Below, in pieces: positions 1-9,947 of a stretch of 64,000 nucleotides of DNA. The notes under the pieces were generated by a model that was not told the DNA's origin, made no database searches, and saw nothing but the letters and a program-made list of their open reading frames with translations. Position 1 is the first letter of the stretch, and each line of letters opens with the position of its first letter. The translations under genes and the position numbers were made by a program. This DNA is from Histomonas meleagridis 2922-C6/04-290x (Eukaryota > Protista > Parabasalia). Location: contig JAANOX010000080.1 of assembly GCA_020184695.1 (NCBI GenBank), positions 1-64,000 on the forward strand. Direction: 5' to 3'.

Positions 1-72
1 AAAAAAACATCTTTGAAAATTAAAAGGTACTTTTTACATTCAAAACCTCAGTTAATAACAACTTTAAGCTCC

Positions 73-134
73 AAACACTAAAATCTACATAGGATTAACA
101 ACAAAACACTAAAATCCACATAGGATTAACAACA
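73..134. repeat. 31-bp direct tandem duplication
   Basis: aaacactaaaatc(t/c)acataggattaacaaca at 73-103 and 104-134, one mismatch. Confidence 0.9.
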
Positions 135-260
135 ACTCAGCCGGATTAATGCCTCACACATTTTAAATATAAATGTCATCATGAATTTAAATATATTTTA
201 TTACTTTCAATCAAAACCAACCGATTTATGAGAATTCAATCGATTTTAGCCGTTCATCCT

Positions 261-647
261 TTAGTTTATGTAGCGCGAGTGGGAGCGAGTGCGTAGCACG
301 AAGCTCACATAGCGCTGTGTGTGTGTGTGTGAAGGAACATCCTTACGGCGACGATCATAACGGATGGCACCTATTGAGATGATTGGGAGAACAATAACCC
401 AATTCTCAACCAACTGAGGATTCTCCTTAATAAAGCCCTTAAGTAGGCCAACATTACTGAAATATATGGATTTAACTTGTCCTTCGGAGTCTGGCATAAG
501 ACATGGAGCAGGGGGAGTAAATACTGGAGGAGGTATTGGATACGGTTTTTCATCGTCTTCCGAATGTAAGGATTCAGGATAAACATTATTAAAATCAAAA
601 TCATTGTCACTGAAGTTAAAATTATCAAAGGATTCTTCATATTCCAT
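261..647 (-). CDS. Hypothetical 128-aa protein divergent from Rep, possibly part of the viral element
   Basis: ATG-started ORF with an acidic, Pro-rich N-terminus, head-to-head with Rep; no recognisable domain. Confidence 0.4.
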   Translation of the reverse strand: MEYEESFDNFNFSDNDFDFNNVYPESLHSEDDEKPYPIPPPVFTPPAPCLMPDSEGQVKSIYFSNVGLLKGFIKENPQLVENWVIVLPIISIGAIRYDRRRKDVPSHTHTQRYVSFVLRTRSHSRYIN

Positions 648-862
648 TTGTTGAAAAATAAAAATGATATTCCCACATTAGTGTCAAGTAGGAACTTGCT
701 TATTCCTTATTTATTATAAAATTTATTATTTACTAATATCAATTGAATACTTTATTTAGAAAAGTGATGGCATAAATAAAATCTAAAAAGAATGCCAAAT
801 TTAATTGAAAAAATGCCAAAATCTGAGAAATAAATGCCAAAAAATTAATTTCACTTTATATA

Positions 863-1816
863 ATGGGAGCAAAGAGATGTATTAAAAAGAATAATGTTAG
901 AATTAATGTCGATGGTGATAGGAGTATAAGTCAGATTAATCCGAGAGCTTGCAGATGGGTTGGAACCCTTAATAATCCTCCAGAAGATTGGCAAATCGTG
1001 TTGAAAAACGTATCAGAAGAACTCAATATCAAATACCTTATCGCAGAAAAGGAGTTTGCCCCTTCTACAGGCACTCCTCATATACAATTTTATTTTAGAT
1101 TATCTTCAAAACTTCATAAAAATACAATAACTAGTAAATTACATGGCTGTTTCATTGATATTGCTAGAGGATCTGAGGTTTCAAACTACAAATATTGTAC
1201 CAAAACTGGTGTCGAAATATTAGAAATAGGTAGTCCAATTGGAGCGATTGAGAATGAACGAAATAAGATTGAAAAAACAAGAGAGATGCTAAATGATGTT
1301 ATAACAATGCCTTGGATTGAGTTCGAAGCAAAATGGCCTTACCAGGCATTTCACCATTACAATAAGCTCAATGAGTACAAACTGAGACACGAGAAAACAG
1401 AAAACGTATGGAATGGAAATCTAAAGAGTAAAAATAAATGGATATATGGGCCGCCAGGAACAGGAAAGAGCCGGTGGGCGAGACAGCAAGCTACGAATTT
1501 AAATAAAGTGTACAAGAAAAATCTCAATAAGTGGTGGGATGGGTTCCACAATGATGAAGCAGAGGTTGTGGTCTTAGATGAAATGAACCCAAATAAAAGT
1601 GTCTTAGTCGATCAGTTGAAGGACTGGGGAGATCGTTACCCTTTCCAGGGGGAAGTAAAAGGATCAGCAATGACATTAGATCCTGGCCGTTGGTTTCTAA
1701 TAGTTACAAGTAATTTCTCTATTGAACAGTGTTTTCCGAACAGCGAGGATCAGGAGGCCATTAAACGCCGATTTGATGAAGTAGAGATAAAAAAAGTGCT
1801 GAGGACATACGTCTAA
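863..1816 (+). CDS. rep: CRESS-DNA-virus-type replication initiator (HUH endonuclease plus SF3 helicase), endogenous viral element
   Basis: Motif I WVGTLNN, motif II PHIQFY, motif III NYKYCTK, Walker A GPPGTGKS, WWDGF, Walker B VVVLDE, motif C IVTSN, Arg finger AIKRRF; 317 aa, no stops. Confidence 0.93.
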   Translation: MGAKRCIKKNNVRINVDGDRSISQINPRACRWVGTLNNPPEDWQIVLKNVSEELNIKYLIAEKEFAPSTGTPHIQFYFRLSSKLHKNTITSKLHGCFIDIARGSEVSNYKYCTKTGVEILEIGSPIGAIENERNKIEKTREMLNDVITMPWIEFEAKWPYQAFHHYNKLNEYKLRHEKTENVWNGNLKSKNKWIYGPPGTGKSRWARQQATNLNKVYKKNLNKWWDGFHNDEAEVVVLDEMNPNKSVLVDQLKDWGDRYPFQGEVKGSAMTLDPGRWFLIVTSNFSIEQCFPNSEDQEAIKRRFDEVEIKKVLRTYV

Positions 1817-2181
1817 TGGGTCAATTAGACAAAGGAATTCTGAAATAAAAGAATTCAATTTTGACAATTTTTAACCTTAAATTATTTTTAAGGTACCACA
1901 AAATTGAATGGCATATTGACTAACTTTGTTAGTGGTCCAAAAAAAAAAAGTACGGTTTACGATCAAAATGAATTCAAAAGTGAAAATAAAGTATTCAATT
2001 CCGAACGATAGACCAATTTTAATGGTCCAAAAAATATTTTTTTTCTCGGTAATATAATCTTGACTGAGGTACCACTAACGTCCTCCGCAAGATAGGGACC
2101 GAGAAAAAAATTTTTATTTTTAAACGTCCTCAGATAACGGTCGTAATTGAATTAAGAAAAAGCGCCTAACCCCCACCCCTA

Positions 2182-3318
2182 TTGCACTTTATTCACTTAC
2201 CTCATCGAGATTATTATAGACACAAGGAAATATGTGACCTAGTTTTCGATCTCTTTCCAAATAAAACAAGAGGAACAATAACAGATTTAAGCAAACAATT
2301 CAATATTCCAGAATCTACCATTCGTGGGTGGTACCACAAGTGGGAACTTAACAAAGCATGGCGACCTTACGACAGCTCAGTTCACGGGATTCATCATCGT
2401 ATATTTACCGATGCTGAAGAAAAATCAATTGCTGATTACATCCGATTTAATTTTATAACGCTAGGGTTTTTGTTTCAAAACAAAGACTTCGTTAACCTCG
2501 CATCTCAAGGATTTCTTGAAAAGCATATGGATGATGATGAAATCCTTGATGTGAAGTTCAGTCCTAAGTTTGTAACTGATTTTAAAAAGCGCAATAAACT
2601 GAGTAGTAGGCGAGCTCGGTACAGGAGAAGACCAAAGGTCAAAGATATGGAAATCGATAAATGGATCAATGAAGTCAAAGAATTAATTGAAAGCAAACCA
2701 GCAAATAGGATCATAAATGCTGATGAAACTTCCTGGAAAATCTTGCCCTCTTCGATAACTACATGGGCAGATTCTGGATCAGATGCAATTGACATCAAAG
2801 TTTCAGATTCAGAGAAAAAAATGATTACTGTAATGGCCTCGATCACATTCGCTGGCACCAAGCTCCCATTATTCATGACCGAATTAGTTGAACGAACACA
2901 ACTTGGTGATATTTCATATCACATGTCAGCCCATAGCGAATCAGGATGGATGGAACAAGATAATTTCGAAAGTTACTTAATATGGCTTAGACAACAATAT
3001 AGTGATGATGACACGTTGTATCTAATCATTGACCAATTTCCAGTTCACAAGACAACTATGTCCATGCAATTGGCAAATGCATTGAACATAAAAATGTTCT
3101 TTATTCCTGCTGGATCAACAGATAAATACCAACCACTCGATTATCGCGTTTTTGGGTGTTTGAAGAACGTTGCCAAAGATAGTATTCATCGATTTATTCA
3201 TGAAAATCCGGGCAAAAAAATCGGGATGAAATATGCGGTTCAAGTACTTATATGGGCATGGGAACACCTTAATTCTGATGTTTTGAACGAAGCATGGTCA
3301 ATCTATCAATCAATTTGA
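2182..3318 (+). mobile_element. pogo/Fot1-like DDE_1 transposase (DD35D), N-terminus probably damaged
   Basis: N-terminal HTH-like region; NADETS, LIIDQFPVH and QPLD with 35 residues between D2 and D3; only a TTG start with an in-frame TAA at 2167-2169; no convincing TIRs found. Confidence 0.82.
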
Positions 3319-3740
3319 AATAAATAAACAATTTTGATCAAATTTTTACTAGAATAATTAAAAAACAGTATACCGAGAACAACTGCATTGTTGTTATTGA
3401 ATTTTTGGCTTTTTTTAGATTTTCATATCTGATATCAGATAATTTCAAATTTTAAAAAATTCTTTCTAACTTTGCCCATAAGATCCATTAGTACTTTTAA
3501 TGTGATATACATGCAAATTAGGCGTCGTGAAATCGTGAAATTCGAAATATACGTGAAAATCTTAAATTCCTATCGTTCCAACGATAGAATTCGCGAATTG
3601 TAGGAAACAGGGTATTTTGCACGACGGTTTAAAAACCGTGATTTATTATTCAAATATTTCCCGGTTATTAACTTTTTGTATGGAAATTTCCATTGATTTT
3701 GAAATAACCGAAAAAATTGAATATTAAAATCTTATCGTAC

Positions 3741-4354
3741 ATGCCAAAAAAACGGAAGACACACAACCCGAATTAAGAGCTGGAATTGCCTTAGTTGGTG
3801 ACAGTGGGGTAGGAAAAACATCCCTTGTCGAAAGGTTCAAGTATTCAACCTACAAGGAAGAACGTCATTCAACAATAGGAGTATCTTTTCAAACTTTTCC
3901 ATATCATTACAATGGGCGCAAAGTTACCTTCAATGTTTTTGACACAGCAGGGCAAGAGATGTACAGAGGTATTTTGCCTATTTATTTTAAACAAGTTCAA
4001 TCATTCATTTGTGTTTATAGTATAAACTCTATAATCACTTTTGAAAATATTGGGTTTTGGCTTGACGAAATAAATAAGTATTCAAGCAGTTCAAATCCCA
4101 TTATTTATATTGTTGGAAACAAAAATGATTTAATTTATCAATGTCAAGAGACAGTTTCTTCATCAGAAGCACATGAATATGTGTCATCTTTAAATCTTGA
4201 CGCTAAGTTATTCATTGCTTCTGCGAAAACTGGTGAAGGAGTAGAGGAAATATTTAATTCCATTTTCCTAGACATATGTAAAAAAGAACGTTTTGAATGT
4301 GAGAAAACAATTGAACGAAAGGAACAAACAAAGGAGGGTAAATGTTGTAGCTAA
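3741..4354 (+). CDS. Rab-family small GTPase with a 1-nt frameshift in an A7 tract just after the ATG
   Basis: GDSGVGKT, DTAGQE, NKND, SAK and C-terminal CCS in one frame; the ATG at 3741 joins that frame if the A7 tract is A8. Confidence 0.85.
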
Positions 4355-4593
4355 CTTTTGAACAAGATCTTTAAATTTAAAAATTGATGATAAATCTTCA
4401 ATATTCAATCAAACCTATACGATTAATTGTTAGTATTTATGAATGTTTTGCTTAACCCGTCACGTTCGATTTTAATAAAAAATAAAAAGAAAATTTTTGT
4501 TCACTTCCCTTGTGCTAAAACCGTTAAATTTCAATGGTGGGCAAAAAATCATTGAATGCAACCACTATAAATTGAATCAGATCATTTTAAAAA

Positions 4594-5202
4594 ATGCAAA
4601 AAGAAGAACTTCAGCATGAACTAAGAGCTAAAGTTGCTCTAATCGGTGATAGTGGAGTGGGAAAAACATGCCTTGTTACTAGTTATAGGTATTCGATTTT
4701 CAATGAAAATCACTTCCCAACAATTGGTGCAAATTTTGACACATTCAAATATCTTTCTTCCAGCGGACGCAAAGCCGTCATTAATGTTTTTGATACGGCA
4801 GGGCAGGAAGCTTATAGATCTGTTTTACCACTTTACTATAGGGGCTCCCAAGCATTTATATGTGTTTATGATATAATGGCACAAGAAACTTTTAACAATC
4901 TTAACATGTGGCTAAATGAAATTCGAGAGAATTCTTCTGATGCAAATCCACTTATTTATATTGTTGGTAACAAAGTGGACATACAAAATTGCAAATCTCC
5001 TGTTTCGAGGGAAAGTGCAAATGCATATGCAAATTCTTTAAACTTTAAAATATTTTTTACCTCAGCAAAAACAGGTGAAGGTGTTGAAGATTTGTTTCAT
5101 TCCGTTTTTGAACAAATTTGTAATTCCGATAAAAATGAAGAAAAGAAACTATTTGAAGAAAAACAAAATAACTCACCAACACATAAAAGCGACTGTTGTT
5201 GA
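4594..5202 (+). CDS. Rab-family small GTPase, tandem paralogue of 3741-4354
   Basis: GDSGVGKT, DTAGQE, NKVD, SAK, C-terminal CC. Confidence 0.95.
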   Translation: MQKEELQHELRAKVALIGDSGVGKTCLVTSYRYSIFNENHFPTIGANFDTFKYLSSSGRKAVINVFDTAGQEAYRSVLPLYYRGSQAFICVYDIMAQETFNNLNMWLNEIRENSSDANPLIYIVGNKVDIQNCKSPVSRESANAYANSLNFKIFFTSAKTGEGVEDLFHSVFEQICNSDKNEEKKLFEEKQNNSPTHKSDCC

Positions 5203-5413
5203 TTGATAAAAACATATGTAAATTGCAAATAAAATTAATATAATGTTTTTGGTTTTAATATCAACTCTTTTTGTTTATATCCAAATGTTTTAATTAGTGT
5301 AAGATATGAAAACTCACTGTTTTATTAAGCACATCCCAATTTAATTTTCTTCTATTAACATATTAAACGTTCGTTTGGGTGGTTGTACGTTTTGACTATC
5401 TTTGTTTGGCTTT

Positions 5414-5418
5414 CCTTT
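5414..5418 (+). promoter_or_regulatory. M5-like (CCTTT) core promoter motif
   Basis: TTTCCTTTTTC directly before the RPS5 ATG; M5 is known from Trichomonas ribosomal protein genes. Confidence 0.55.
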
Positions 5419-5421
5419 TTC

Positions 5422-6003
5422 ATGCAAGACGTAAAGCTCTTCGGAAAATGGTCTTATTCCGATATTGATTTTGAACAACTCGACAAAGCCCTTGTTGATT
5501 ACATCTCAGTCCACGAAAAGCAACAAGTTATCCTTCCACATACTGCAGGACGTTATCAACATCAACAATTTCACAAGGTAAATTGCCCACTTGTTGAGCG
5601 TTTCGTTTGCTATCTCATGTGTCACGGTCGTAATGCAGGTAAGAAACTTATGGCAATCCGCATCGTTCGCCAAGCATTTGATCTTATCAATTTAGTAACA
5701 GGTGAAAACCCACTTGTCGTCTTTGTTAAGGCTGTTCAATATTGTGGCGCTCGCGAAGATTCAACACGTATCGGTGTTGGAGGTACAGTTCGTCGTCAAG
5801 CATGCGATGTTTCTCCACTTCGTCGTATCAATCAATCACTTGCTCTCATAACAGAGGGTGCTCGTAAGTCAGCTTTCCGCTCATCTAAAACAATCGCTGA
5901 GTGCCTTGCTGATGAACTCATTGCAGCTTCAGGAAACACAAACGATAGCTATGCTGTCCGTAAGAAGGATGAACTTGAGCGCATTGCCAAGTCTAATCGT
6001 TAA
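5422..6003 (+). CDS. RPS5: 40S ribosomal protein S5 (uS7)
   Basis: [45 protein letters not shown]; first ATG at 5422. Confidence 0.97.
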   Translation: MQDVKLFGKWSYSDIDFEQLDKALVDYISVHEKQQVILPHTAGRYQHQQFHKVNCPLVERFVCYLMCHGRNAGKKLMAIRIVRQAFDLINLVTGENPLVVFVKAVQYCGAREDSTRIGVGGTVRRQACDVSPLRRINQSLALITEGARKSAFRSSKTIAECLADELIAASGNTNDSYAVRKKDELERIAKSNR

Positions 6004-6158
6004 AAAATTCATCTAATTAATATTAACATTTTTCTTCTTTTTAATCACTTTTTAAATGATTTATAAACCTTCCAATTTTTGGGAGTGTGTTTCTGTTAAA
6101 TGTGATCGTTTAAAATTAGGGGGACTTGAAATATCGGTATCACTTCAAGACATCTATA

Positions 6159-9100
6159 ATGAATTCTACGATAAACTTTATAGAAGGTGAAAAGAGGGAT
6201 AACAATGAATCTATCGCATATGTTAATTTACTTGTTTCTCTTGAACGAATTATATTTAATTTAACAGAAAGAAATCTTGATTCATCAATCGATAAAATAA
6301 TGAAATTATTCGATATAAATCATCCCTATTCATATAATTTTATAATAGGAAGTTTGGTTTACTTTGCATATTTTTCAACACCAAATAAATCATATGATTT
6401 ATACCTCAAATTTTTGGAATCTATACAATTAAGAGAAGAAGAAATGAACAAAAATATTTTCAAAATATTAAAGATTTTTATTAATTATATATCAGATATT
6501 GAATCACAAGAAGCATATTTTCTAATTGAACAAATGAAAGTAAGAAATTTAATTGATAACGATAATATTCATGATAATATGATTAAAAAACTTTTCATAT
6601 GTCCAAATAAACAATCAATACATAACATTTCTTTATGTTTTGCCCATTACATGTCAAATAAAGAGATTAGTGAATCAATAAAAGCCAATCAATTTTCCAA
6701 ATTCTTTTCAAACAACGAAGATATGCTCAAAAAGAATGATTGGGAACTTCATAAGAAATTAATTGAAGAAGGAATCAATCCAAATAAAATGACAAAAATA
6801 ATTCGAAATGATGAATTAGAAAAGCTTCAAGAAATATCATCACAAGATGATTTTGATTTTAATCAGAAAATTGAACCATCACTTTATGAAAGATGTTCAT
6901 TTATTAATGTAAAAAATGTTTCATTAATTGATTATGCAGCATTCTTTGGATCTATTAAATGTTTTAAATATTTACTTATGAATGGAGCAAAAATAGAAAA
7001 CACAGGTAAATATGCAGTTGCTGGTGGAAACTTAGAAATAATTCATTTATGTGAACAGAATCATTCAACATTTGAAGAAGCATGTAAAATTGCAATTGAA
7101 TTTCATCGAAATGATATCTTTAAATATATATATGAAAATAAAACAGAAAAAACTGAAGAAAAAATTGATGTTTTAGAATATTTATGTATTACCTATGGAA
7201 ATTATGAAATTCTTTTCTTTTTGGAAGAACAAATGAGGATCAGTGAATCTATTATTACTGAAACAGCAAAATTAGGAAATTTATATCTTATTAAATATTT
7301 CTTTCATAAATATCAAATCCCAAATAATATTTTAGTTTTTGCTGTAGAATCAGGAAATATAGAACTTGTTAAATATATTCTTGAACAAAAAGGAATTGAT
7401 GTTAATGCTATGGGAAATCATTTTTTATATTTAATATTTATATTAATAATTTTGGGTTTTAAAATTTTATTTGGTATTTATTCTTACTTATTAGAATAGC
7501 ACTTATTCTTGCATCTGAAAAAGGTAATATGGAACTTGTGAAGTTACTTCTTGAACAAAAAGGCATTGATATTAATAAAAGAGGAATTTTTTTGTTTCAT
7601 ATCATATTTGCTTCAATTATTTTTTAATATTTCTTTATATTATTTGGAAATTATTTAATTTAATTAACTCAGCACTTATTTGTTCAACTTTAAATAATGA
7701 TATAGAAATAGTTAAATTACTTCTTGAACAAAAGGATATTGATGTTAATGTTAAAAATGTTTGTATATTTCGTTTAATGTTTGTTTAAATCATTTTATAT
7801 ATTAAAATAATATTTGGAAATATTTTCAAATATTTGAAACAGCACTTATGATTGCGTCATCAAATGGATTTATAAATATAGTTAAATTACTTATTGAACA
7901 AAAAGGAATTGATATAAATGCTAAAAATGTTGAATTTTTTTGTTTATTATTTATTTTAATAATTTTATATTTTAAAATAAATTTTGAAATTTATTCCATA
8001 TGTTGAGATCAGCACTTACAAAGGCATTCCAATATTCACATTTAAATATTATTAAATTACTTCTTGAACAAAAAGGAATTGATGTTAATGCTAAAGATAT
8101 TTATTTGTTTTACTTGAAGTTCATTTGAATAATTTAAAATTACAAAATAATATTTGGAAATTACTTAAATTACTTTTGACAATGTTTATATGGGCATCTT
8201 CAAAAGGATTTATAGATATAGTTAAATTACTACTTGAACAAAAAGAAATAGATATTAATGATAAAACTATTTATGTGTTTTATTTAATATTTATTTTAAC
8301 AGTTTTTTATTTCAAAATAATATTTGGAAATTATTTTATTTATTTGTAACTGCACTTCATATAGCAATTAGAAATAATAATACAGAAATAGTTAAATTAC
8401 TTCTTGAACAAAAAGGAATTGATATCAATGCTAAAAACATATATTTTTTTCATTTTATGTTGACTTTCATAATTTCATATTTCAATATAATGTTTGGAAA
8501 TTATTTAAATTATTTGATACAGCACTTATTTTAGCATCTTATGAAGGTCATACAGAAATAGTTAAATTACTTCTTGAACAAGAAGGAATTGATATTAATG
8601 TTAAAGGAAATATTTATTTATAAAATTTTATATTTCACAATAATATTTGGAAATTATGTAAATTATTTAATACAGCACTTATGTTTGCATCTGAAAATGG
8701 TCATATAGAAATAGTTCAATTACTTCTTGAACAAGAAGGAATTGATATTAATGCTAAATATATTTATTTGTTTTATTTATAATTTATTTTAATAATTTTA
8801 TATTTCAAAATAATATTTAAAAATTATTTAAATTATTTAATACAGCACTTATTTTAGCATCTGAAAAAGGTCATACAGAAATAGTTAAATTACTTCTTGA
8901 ACAAGAAGGAATTGATATTAATGCTAAAGATAATTATTTGTTTTATTTAAAATTTATTTTAATAATTTTATATTTCAAGATAATATTTGGAAATTATTTT
9001 AAATGTTTTATACAGCACTTATGATTGCATCTAGAAATGGTCATATAGAAATTGTTAAATTACTTCTTAAACAAAAAGGAATTGATATTAGTTCTAAAGA

Positions 9101-9271
9101 TATTTGTTTATTATAACTAAAATTTATTTGAATAACTTCATATTTTTTCATTGTATCTGGTAATTATTTAAATTATTTAGTACAGCCCTTATGAATGCAC
9201 TTAATTATAGTCATCCTGAAATTGTTGAAATATTACGCCAATATGAAAATTCTAATAACATATGTAAATAA
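6159..9271 (+). CDS. DUF3447-type ankyrin repeat protein; C-terminal repeat loops punctuated by 43 spacers of 17 nt (predicted 793 aa after removal)
   Basis: IDYAAFFGSIKCFKYLL and GGNLEIIHLCEQ region, then stop-free ankyrin cores (TALILASEKGHTEIVKLLLEQEGIDINAK type) joined by 11 linkers; 3113 - 43x17 = 2382 nt = 794 codons. Confidence 0.8.
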
Positions 9272-9947
9272 TATAAGTTAAACTATTAAATCCAAGAATT
9301 ATCGAGAAACAACGGATTTCATAAAAAGATGATTTTTATTATTTTTTTTCTTTGGCTCCTATACAAAATTTTTATCCAAACAATAAACACATTACAAGAA
9401 AAGTAAATGACAAATTATATCAAAGAAAAAAATGGAAATTTAGAGATATTATGGTAAAAATGCATTTTTTTACAGAAAGCAAAAGAAAGATATTTCATAT
9501 TTTAAACAAGCACAATATGTTTATCTTGAGTAGTACATTGAATTTTTGAATTATTTATAATGTTTCATATATATTTAAACCGCTGGCAAATGAATAGAAT
9601 TAGACAAAATTAGATTAAGATATAATGATTTTTTAAAATTTTCTTTTCCTTTTGAATTTTGTCACTTTCCATTTAATTGTGCGCGATGTAATACTTTTTC
9701 AAAGCAAAACGATCATTTGTAAATGATCCCCTTGATAACCACATGCAAAGGAAATGTTATCATCATTTACATTCATGTAGTTGCTATATATATATTGGGA
9801 TTTCTTATTGGGAATATTGATCACCCGCTTCCGAATCTACCAATTTTCGCTTGTACAATATGCTATCGAATTTTTTTTAAAAAGTATTGTGTCTGAACGA
9901 CCGTTTAATCTTGTGGATTTTAACGTTTTCTTTAGGATAATTTCGAG

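Noticed and set aside
196-2057. CRESS origin nonanucleotide candidates TTTTATTAC (196-204) and TTATATTAC (minus strand, 2049-2057)
   Set aside because: Non-canonical and not in a stem-loop.
7413-9181. Linkers as single canonical GT-AG or AT-AC introns, or as translated TM segments
   Set aside because: There are no conserved GT/AG ends or ACTAAC branch site. The AT-AC join is out of frame. An AT..AG join would delete the whole loop, and the AG is missing in two repeats. Read-through frames shift and often contain stops.
7413-9181. Stop-codon reassignment as the explanation for the interrupted ankyrin ORFs
   Set aside because: The interruptions shift frame, and ordinary genes in the window end in TAA, TAG or TGA with no internal stops.
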